From NCBI GenBank assembly GCA_046757525.1, contig JBHHYI010000147.1, positions 1 through 10,389 on the forward strand: a stretch of 10,389 nucleotides of DNA, in the 5' to 3' direction. This DNA is from a bacterium (lineage in GTDB: Bacteria > Zhuqueibacterota > Zhuqueibacteria > Oceanimicrobiales > Oceanimicrobiaceae). Under the pieces are notes generated by a model. The model was given only the letters and a program-made list of their open reading frames with translations, did no database searches and was not told where the DNA came from. This document shows positions 1 to 6,287 of the stretch, piece by piece (position 1 is the first letter of the stretch; each line of letters begins with the position of its first letter). The translations under genes were made by a program, and so were the position numbers.

Positions 1-3
1 GTA

Positions 4-24
4 ACGCAATCGTCTCGATTGCGT
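4..24. repeat. Perfect short palindrome, REP-like (may be truncated by the window edge)
   Basis: ACGCAATCG(4-12)-TCT-CGATTGCGT(16-24) is a 9-bp perfect inverted repeat. It follows GTA(A) at 1-4, which resembles the GTAG tetranucleotide of REP elements. Confidence 0.55.
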
Positions 25-33
25 AGCCCATTT

Positions 34-180
34 TCCCTTTGAAGGGAGACAGATTTTCGCTCGTCCAGAGCGAAAATCAGAGGGATGTCTGGTCGGCAGC
101 ATCTTTGGCCTGGGATTTCAGGACGCCTCCTAAAATTCCCCTGATTTTCTCGCTGCACGCTTCAAAAAAGCATACCCCTT
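34..180. repeat. Degenerate inverted-pair palindromic element (REPIN-like)
   Basis: TCCCTT/AAGGGA hairpin at 34-47. Perfect 11-bp hairpin GATTTTCGCTC(52-62)/GAGCGAAAATC(68-78). GAAAATCAGAGGGAT(72-86) is complementary to ATTCCCCTGATTTTC(135-149) at 14/15 positions counting G-T. 135-180 looks like a decayed inverted copy of 42-86. Confidence 0.5.
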
Positions 181-188
181 TTCTCCCC

Positions 189-312
189 CTCGTTCCAAAA
201 TTTTATTTTGGAACGCCATTGGGAGAGAAGTTTCGCTTCGAGAGGCATCCCGGACTCCTCGAAGCAGAGCTTCTCGAGCAAGTACGTCCCCAAACAGGAG
301 TTTGGGGACGAG
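189..312. repeat. REPIN-like element: two terminal palindromes in inverted orientation around a central hairpin
   Basis: Left arm CGTTCCAAAAT(191-201)/ATTTTGGAACG(205-215). Right arm CGTCCCCAAAC(285-295)/GTTTGGGGACG(300-310). The ends 189-200 and 301-312 are 10/12 inverted repeats. Central stems are 225-233/267-275 and GCTTCGAG(235-242)/CTCGAAGC(258-265). From memory it resembles the CTCGTTCCCAAAC...GTTTGGGAACGAG class of extragenic repeats. Confidence 0.7.
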
Positions 313-355
313 AGCTGCGGCGGAATGACCGTTGGTTTCTTTGCGCACCAAGGCT

Positions 356-463
356 GTCGTCTTGAGTAGTCTCGACCGTTTTTTGGTCGGGACGTATCGC
401 AAGGGCGACGGCCGTCACCCCTCGATACGGTCGCTTGAGAAGCGGCGACCTACTCGGGATGAC
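356..463. repeat. REPIN-like cruciform element
   Basis: 14-bp closing stem GTCGTCTTGAGTAG(356-369)/CTACTCGGGATGAC(450-463) with 3 G-T pairs. Internal hairpins at 369-393 and 429-450. CGTATCG(393-399)/CGATACG(423-429). GGGCGACG/CGTCACCC at 403-420. Confidence 0.65.
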
Positions 464-510
464 TCGCACAGTTCTTTCAAGAAACGCCCGGCTGTCGCCG
501 TCCTTTATTA

Positions 511-598
511 CAGCCCCTGGTTGTCATTCCGGAGGAATCTTGTTGTCTGGCTGCACAGTGCTGACCAGAAACAAGATGCCTCCTGCGTGACAGGGCTG
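511..598. repeat. Long interrupted hairpin, resembling a decayed TGTCATTCCG...GGAATGACA-type extragenic repeat
   Basis: Nested stems: CAGCCC(511-516)/GGGCTG(593-598), TGTCAT(522-527)/GTGACA(587-592), GGAGG(531-535)/CCTCC(579-583), ATCTTGTT(537-544)/AACAAGAT(570-577), TCTGG(546-550)/CCAGA(565-569). Isolated GGAATGAC half-sites also occur at 322-329 and 676-683. Confidence 0.6.
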
Positions 599-695
599 CG
601 CTAACGCGCCTATCCGGAGCTGTCCCAAAAGTCCCGACGTTGTTTGTTGGGCCGTACCGCAGCCGTTGGTTCTTGGGAATGACAAATAATAACAA

Positions 696-724
696 ATTAT
701 AACAAAATGCCCTGACATTGTCAA
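696..724 (-). promoter_or_regulatory. Perfect-consensus sigma70-type promoter firing leftward
   Basis: The minus strand reads TTGACA (724-719), a 17-bp spacer, then TATAAT (701-696), in an AT-rich context. Predicted start is near 689. Confidence 0.85.
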
Positions 725-776
725 GCCTGCAAGAATCTTGGTTGGGCTAATATGAAAAGCTCCTTGAAAATAGTGC

Positions 777-805
777 TTGATTTTTTAGCACAAAACTGCT
801 ATTTT
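777..805 (+). promoter_or_regulatory. Probable sigma70-type promoter for gdh (extended -10)
   Basis: TTGATT (777-782), 17-bp spacer, TATTTT (800-805), with TG at 797-798. It lies about 85 bp upstream of the gdh ATG and is divergent from the 696-724 promoter. Confidence 0.55.
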
Positions 806-891
806 TTGTTCAGTTTAATCATGGTCTCACAGTCAACTAAGTCCCTTTTGGAACGAGTATTTTACCAAACACCAGTCACCCTGAGGGCAGC

Positions 892-2310
892 ATGGCACCC
901 AAAAACCTCTCATTTTTCGAAACGGTCTTATCGTTTTTCGACAAGGCCACGGCGTTTACCTCCCACCCGGAAGGCTTGCTCGACCAAATAAAATATTGCA
1001 ACAGCATTTACCAATTTAAATTTCCTCTAAAGAATGACGACGGCAGCTACAAAATCATCCAGGCCTTTCGAGTAGAACACAGTCATCACAAGCTGCCGGT
1101 GAAAGGTGGCATCCGGTTTAGCGAGACGGTGTCAGAGGACGAAGTGAAGGCCCTGGCGGCACTGATGACTTTTAAGTGCGCCCTGGTGGATGTGCCCTTC
1201 GGGGGTGCCAAAGGGGGCATCAAGATCAATCCCAGGAACTACTCCAGCTTCCAACTGGAACGGATCACGCGGCGCTACACTGCCGAGCTAACCAAGAAGA
1301 ATTTCATAGGCCCGGGCGTCGACGTGCCGGCGCCGGATTACGGCACCAGCGCACGGGAGATGGCCTGGATTGCGGACACCTACTCAGCGCTGAATCCCGG
1401 CCAAATCGATGCCGTTGCTTGCGTGACCGGCAAACCCATCGAGCAGAGTGGCATCCGCGGCCGTGTCGAAGCCACGGGCAATGGGGTGTTCTACGGCGTG
1501 CGTCACGCTTTGACCTATGCTGAGGACATGAAACGCATTGAGCTTACACCCGGAGTCGCTGGCAAGCGGATTGTCATTCAGGGTTTGGGGAACGTGGGCT
1601 ATCATGCCGCCAGGTTTTTTCAAAAAGGCGGCGCCGTGATCGTGGCTTTGGCCGAGTATGACGGGGCGATTTTCAATCCCCGGGGTCTGGATGTGGAGGC
1701 GGTACAACAACACCGCAAGGAAACCGGCTCCATTCTAAATTTTCCCGGCGCCGAAAATTTTGCTAACAATTTGGAGGCGCTCGAGTACGACTGCGATATC
1801 CTCATCCCCGCGGCTTTGGAGCGTCAACTCACCGCAAAAAATGCCCCTCATGTCAAGGCGAAGATCGTGGCCGAGGCCGCCAACGGGCCAACCACCTCAG
1901 AGGCCGAGAAGATTCTCAATGCCAGGGGAATCATGATCATACCCGACATGTATTTGAATGCCGGTGGCGTGACCGTCTCTTACTTCGAATGGCTGAAGAA
2001 TCTGAGCCATGTGCGTTTCGGGCGCATGAGCAAACGTTTCGAAGAGGCTTCCAACATGGCCTTGTTGAATGCCCTGGAAAAAGTAACCGGAAGGCAAGTG
2101 GCACCCGAAGAACGAAGGATCATCACCCACGGCGCCGATGAGATTGATTTCGTAAATTCCGGCCTGGAAGAAACCATGATCAACGCTTACGACGACATTC
2201 GAGAAACCTTGATGAAAACAAGAGGGGTGCAGGACCTTAGAACCGCTGCCTTCATCTGTGCCATCAACAAAATCGCCGTCTCCTACATGCAGTTGGGAAT
2301 ATTTCCCTGA
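892..2310 (+). CDS. gdhA: Glutamate dehydrogenase (Glu/Leu/Phe/Val dehydrogenase family), 472 aa, animal-mitochondrial-GDH-like subtype
   Basis: Motifs [21 protein letters not shown] (catalytic Lys), DVPAPD, VTGKP, Rossmann QGLGNVG, EAANGP and [23 protein letters not shown] at 883-887. Confidence 0.96.
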   Translation: MAPKNLSFFETVLSFFDKATAFTSHPEGLLDQIKYCNSIYQFKFPLKNDDGSYKIIQAFRVEHSHHKLPVKGGIRFSETVSEDEVKALAALMTFKCALVDVPFGGAKGGIKINPRNYSSFQLERITRRYTAELTKKNFIGPGVDVPAPDYGTSAREMAWIADTYSALNPGQIDAVACVTGKPIEQSGIRGRVEATGNGVFYGVRHALTYAEDMKRIELTPGVAGKRIVIQGLGNVGYHAARFFQKGGAVIVALAEYDGAIFNPRGLDVEAVQQHRKETGSILNFPGAENFANNLEALEYDCDILIPAALERQLTAKNAPHVKAKIVAEAANGPTTSEAEKILNARGIMIIPDMYLNAGGVTVSYFEWLKNLSHVRFGRMSKRFEEASNMALLNALEKVTGRQVAPEERRIITHGADEIDFVNSGLEETMINAYDDIRETLMKTRGVQDLRTAAFICAINKIAVSYMQLGIFP

Positions 2311-2355
2311 GAGCCAAGTGAGCTATTGAATAGCCTTGAAAGGCCTGCCGAAAAC

Positions 2356-3174
2356 ATGAACCAACGCTTAACGTCCTACTGGACCAGCAAATCCGTGCTC
2401 ATCACCGGGGCCTCTTCGGGTTTGGGCCGCGCTGTGACCAAAGCCCTGGCGCCTTACCGTATTCATTTTTGCCTGCTCAGTCGTCGTGAAGAAAGCCTGC
2501 TGCAGTTGGCCGACGAACTCAAAGAGAGCGGCAGCACTTTCTGGGTGAAAGCCTGCGACGTGCAAAACCGCGCTGAAGTGCTGGCCTCGGTGCAGCAGTT
2601 CTACCAGGAATCCGGTCGCCTGGATGTGGCCTGGGTCAACAGCGGCATCAGCGCGGATTCTTCCTTTGCGAGCTGGAATTGGGACGCGGTTGAAGCGGTC
2701 ATCGACACCAATTTGAAGGGGGCGATGTACACCATCGTTGCCTGTTTGCAAATCATGGTAGCGCAAAAGTCTGGAGCGATCGTGGGCATCGGCTCCGCGG
2801 CTTCCATGCGTGGCCTGCCCACCCGCGGCGTTTATAGTCTGACCAAAATCGGCCTGGCCTACTTCCTGGAGAGCCTGGCGGCCGAGCTGCCGCAAATCCA
2901 GTTCACCACCATCCATCCCGGATTTGTGGACACGCCGATCAACCAGGGCAATCCCAATCGCTTTTGGCTGCTCACCCCGGACCAGGCGGCGCAAATGATG
3001 ATCCGGGCGGTGGCCAGGCGCAAACGGGTTTTCATCTACCCATTCAGGATGAAGCTGCTCTACAAACTGGTGCGTGTGCTACCGACTTCCCTGTTCTTTT
3101 GGGTCGCCCGCAGAACCATCGATTTGAGTCGTCCGGCAAAAGAGCAGACATTAGAAATGTCTTCGCCTGGGTGA
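2356..3174 (+). CDS. Classical short-chain dehydrogenase/reductase (SDR), probably NADP(H)-preferring; substrate unknown
   Basis: TGASSGLG cofactor motif, basic SRR after beta-2, CDV, NSG (NAG-like), catalytic Ser (GSAAS), YSLTK (YxxxK) and PGFVDT. ATG at 2356 is preferred over the in-frame TTG at 2326, but the start is uncertain. Confidence 0.92.
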   Translation: MNQRLTSYWTSKSVLITGASSGLGRAVTKALAPYRIHFCLLSRREESLLQLADELKESGSTFWVKACDVQNRAEVLASVQQFYQESGRLDVAWVNSGISADSSFASWNWDAVEAVIDTNLKGAMYTIVACLQIMVAQKSGAIVGIGSAASMRGLPTRGVYSLTKIGLAYFLESLAAELPQIQFTTIHPGFVDTPINQGNPNRFWLLTPDQAAQMMIRAVARRKRVFIYPFRMKLLYKLVRVLPTSLFFWVARRTIDLSRPAKEQTLEMSSPG

Positions 3175-3358
3175 TACGCTCGCAAGGGATTGCCGGCGAA
3201 CAGCTCAGGCTGGCCACAAAGGAAATTGGCCAGAATTATCCCAAAGTTGAAAGAGGACTCACGGCCTCGACAAGTTCCTGATTACGAGACTGAAATCCAG
3301 TTACTGCGACCTTGTTCAGCAGCTTAGATGAAACCGACTTCACACCAAGGAGGCACCT

Positions 3359-6277
3359 ATGCACATTCACAAGTTAATGTCACGGTTGTTCATTGTCATC
3401 GGACTAATCCTGGGATTGGTCTGGGCCATGGCCCCGGCAACCCAGGCGGGAGAAAGGCTTTCCCCGAAAACGTTGCAGAAGCGCCAGCAGGACAACGTTG
3501 AATATTTGCCCAACGTGATCGTGGTTAAATTTAAGGACAGAAAACGATTTACAAACAAAAGTGGCGCGACGGGGTTAGCCACCGTGGACAAACTGTTTAG
3601 CAGCTACAATGTGTACGAATTAGAACCCGTTGTGCGGGACGACCAACTGCTAAGTTCGCTGCCACCATCGAGTACCGTGGGCAGCATTTGCTACGTGTAC
3701 TATTCCGGCGATGCCGCTGCACCCGGTGTGGCCCAGGCGTTTGCCCGGGATGCCAATGTGGAATACGCCGAACCTAAATATGTCTACCGTCTGTTCGACA
3801 CGCCCAACGATCCCAGGTTTGGCGAGCAAACGCACTTAGACGTCGTTAGCGCCCGGCCGGCCTGGGATGTGGTCAAGGGGGAACAAGGCGATGCAGTAGT
3901 TGCCATCGTTGACGGCGGCACCGACATCGGTCATCCGGATATCGCCGCCAACCTGTGGACGAACCCGGCCGAAATCCCCAACAATGGTGTGGACGACGAC
4001 AATAACGGATTCGTGGATGACGTCCACGGCTGGAATTTTGCCAACAGCAGCAACGATCCCACCGGATTGGCGACTACGCCCAGCAGCGCCAATCACGGCA
4101 CGCACACCGCCGGCGTGGCCTGCGCGGTCACCGATAACGGCATTGGCGTAGCTGGCGTGAGCTGGAATGCGACCCTGATGCCCGTAAACGCCGGCTCTCC
4201 CACCAGGGACAATATTATCGCCTTTGGCTATGATGGCATCCTGTACGCCGGCATGAATGGTGCTGACATCATCAGTTGCAGTTGGGGTGGGGCTGGCGCC
4301 AATTCTCTCTTTGAGCAGGAAATCATAAACACCGTGACAGACTTAGGCGCACTGGTGGTGGCAGCCGCAGGGAACGAAGGCTCTGCGGTCAAAGTCTACC
4401 CTTCCGCTTACCAGCACGTCATTGCTGTGGCCAATACTACCGACGGCGACGTCAAATCGTTCACCTCTTCGTTCGGAACCTGGGTAGACCTGTCGGCGCC
4501 GGGGGTGAGCATTCTCAGCACTTTGAACAACGGCAGGTACGGAAGTCTGACCGGAACGTCTTTTTCCTGTCCGCTGGTCGCGGGAATTGCGGCGCTGGTA
4601 AAGACGCAGCATCCGGATTGGAACGGCCTGCAAATAGGCGAACAGGTGCGCGTGACCGCCGACGTCATCGATGACTTGAATCCGTCGTTTGTCGGCAAAC
4701 TGGGAAAGGGTCGCGCCAATGCAGCCAGGGCGGTCACAGAATCTTCCCCGGCAATCAGAATTTCCGACGTCACCTTCTCCGAAAGCAATAACAACGGCAT
4801 CATCGATCCTGGTGAGACCGTCACCATTGCGCTCACCGTGATCAATTACCTGGCAGCGGCGAGCAATGTCAATCTGACGCTCTCCACCAACGACAATTTT
4901 GTCTCGTTGAACAATGCCAACTTGACCATCTCTTCCATTGGAACGTTGGAAGAAAAGACGTTCGGCTCTGCGTTCAGTTTCGATGTGGCTAACACAGCAC
5001 CCAGTGGACATCCGCTGGCCTTCGTGTTGAACATGACCACCACCGACTACCAGGATTCCGATCGCTTCTCCTTAACTGTTCTGCCCACCTTTGCCACGGA
5101 AAGTGCCAACCAAATCACCGTCACGGTCACGAACATCGGCAGGCTGGGCTTTGGCGACGCCGACAATCAGAACAATGGCATCGGATTTAGTTTTAAAGAC
5201 GGGCCCAATCTCCTCTTCGAAGGGGCGCTCATCGCTGGCACCGGCGCAACGCAAATCTCAGATGCTGCCAGGGGAATTCTATCCGGTCAGACGCTTTTGT
5301 TCGACCAGGACTTTACCATTGCCGAAGGTGGCGATTTGCAGTTGACCTCCCCTGGCGTGCTGAGCGACGAAGAAAGCTTCGGGATCTTTGAAGATACCGG
5401 AGCCAGCAATCCTATGAATATTCGGGTCACCCAGGAAACCTTCGCCATGCACGATCCTCCTAATGACGACTTCGTGCTGTTTAAGTATACCGTTGAGAAC
5501 CTCAATGCCACTGCGTTGGAAAACTTTCATTTTGGTTATTTCTTCGATTGGGACATCGACGGTGGCAATTTTGCCACAAACTCTGCCGGCTACGATCCTG
5601 TCAGGAGACTGGGCTATGCTTACGATACGGGCAGCGGGCCCGACACGTACGTGGGCATGTCCTTATTGACTCTTAGCGACGTGAACTATCGTGCCATTTT
5701 CAACGATCCGGACGATGTCAGGAACCCCAGTTGGGGCATCTACGACGGCTACACCGACCTCGAGAAATGGGTCTCGATCAGCAGTGGCACCGACACCGCT
5801 TCAGCCGGCCCGGCCGACATCTCGCACGTTATCGCAGCCGGTCCGCTGACCATAGAGCCCAATAGTACCATTCAAATCGGATTTGCCTTGCTGGCTGGCA
5901 TAGATCTAAACGACTTGCAACAGAATGCCGATGCCGCTAAAAAACTCTGGGATGCACTGTTCGTGACCGGAATTGACGACGAGGTGCCGGGCATCCCGCA
6001 GACGTTTGCGCTGGAACAAAACTACCCGAATCCGTTCAACCCAAGCACGACCATCCGCTACCAATTGCCCAAGAGTGCAACCGTGGAACTAACGATTTAC
6101 AACGTTCTCGGACAACCCGTGAACACCCTGGTTCGAGCACACCAACCGGCCGGGACTTATGCCGTCGCCTGGGACGGCAAGAATTTTGCAGGGCAGCAGG
6201 TTGCCAGCGGCATTTACGTGTACCGGTTGCACGCCGGCAATTTCGTTCAAACGCGGAAAATGTTATTTCTGAGATAA
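3359..6277 (+). CDS. Secreted S8 (subtilisin-family) serine peptidase, 972 aa, with propeptide, C-terminal beta-sandwich domains and a T9SS-type-A/FlgD-Ig-like C-terminal domain
   Basis: AAGGAGG RBS at 3347-3353. N-terminal signal peptide. Catalytic triad VAIVDGG / NHGTHTAG / GTSFSCPLVAG and oxyanion AAGNE. Acidic insert DDDNNGFVDDVHGWNF. C-terminal QNYPNPFNP...SGIYVYRL...TRKMLFLR at about 6005-6274. Confidence 0.93.
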   Translation: MHIHKLMSRLFIVIGLILGLVWAMAPATQAGERLSPKTLQKRQQDNVEYLPNVIVVKFKDRKRFTNKSGATGLATVDKLFSSYNVYELEPVVRDDQLLSSLPPSSTVGSICYVYYSGDAAAPGVAQAFARDANVEYAEPKYVYRLFDTPNDPRFGEQTHLDVVSARPAWDVVKGEQGDAVVAIVDGGTDIGHPDIAANLWTNPAEIPNNGVDDDNNGFVDDVHGWNFANSSNDPTGLATTPSSANHGTHTAGVACAVTDNGIGVAGVSWNATLMPVNAGSPTRDNIIAFGYDGILYAGMNGADIISCSWGGAGANSLFEQEIINTVTDLGALVVAAAGNEGSAVKVYPSAYQHVIAVANTTDGDVKSFTSSFGTWVDLSAPGVSILSTLNNGRYGSLTGTSFSCPLVAGIAALVKTQHPDWNGLQIGEQVRVTADVIDDLNPSFVGKLGKGRANAARAVTESSPAIRISDVTFSESNNNGIIDPGETVTIALTVINYLAAASNVNLTLSTNDNFVSLNNANLTISSIGTLEEKTFGSAFSFDVANTAPSGHPLAFVLNMTTTDYQDSDRFSLTVLPTFATESANQITVTVTNIGRLGFGDADNQNNGIGFSFKDGPNLLFEGALIAGTGATQISDAARGILSGQTLLFDQDFTIAEGGDLQLTSPGVLSDEESFGIFEDTGASNPMNIRVTQETFAMHDPPNDDFVLFKYTVENLNATALENFHFGYFFDWDIDGGNFATNSAGYDPVRRLGYAYDTGSGPDTYVGMSLLTLSDVNYRAIFNDPDDVRNPSWGIYDGYTDLEKWVSISSGTDTASAGPADISHVIAAGPLTIEPNSTIQIGFALLAGIDLNDLQQNADAAKKLWDALFVTGIDDEVPGIPQTFALEQNYPNPFNPSTTIRYQLPKSATVELTIYNVLGQPVNTLVRAHQPAGTYAVAWDGKNFAGQQVASGIYVYRLHAGNFVQTRKMLFLR

Positions 6278-6287
6278 GGTAGACGTG

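Noticed and set aside
1..690. CRISPR array or integron attC array
   Set aside because: The hairpins are unrelated in sequence and irregular in length. There are no identical direct repeats with spacers, no cassette ORFs, and no cas or integrase gene in the window.
39..724. Short ORFs on both strands (39-365, 130-402, 203-469, 332-604, 477-695, 524-724)
   Set aside because: They have no recognisable motifs or convincing RBS, overlap each other, and run through palindromic repeats. Two start within or upstream of the predicted transcription start.
3175..3358. SDR-to-peptidase intergenic hairpin CTGGCCA/TGGCCAG as a terminator or regulatory RNA
   Set aside because: It is a 7-bp stem with a 10-nt loop and no U-tract. 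No clear promoter or riboswitch signature is present.
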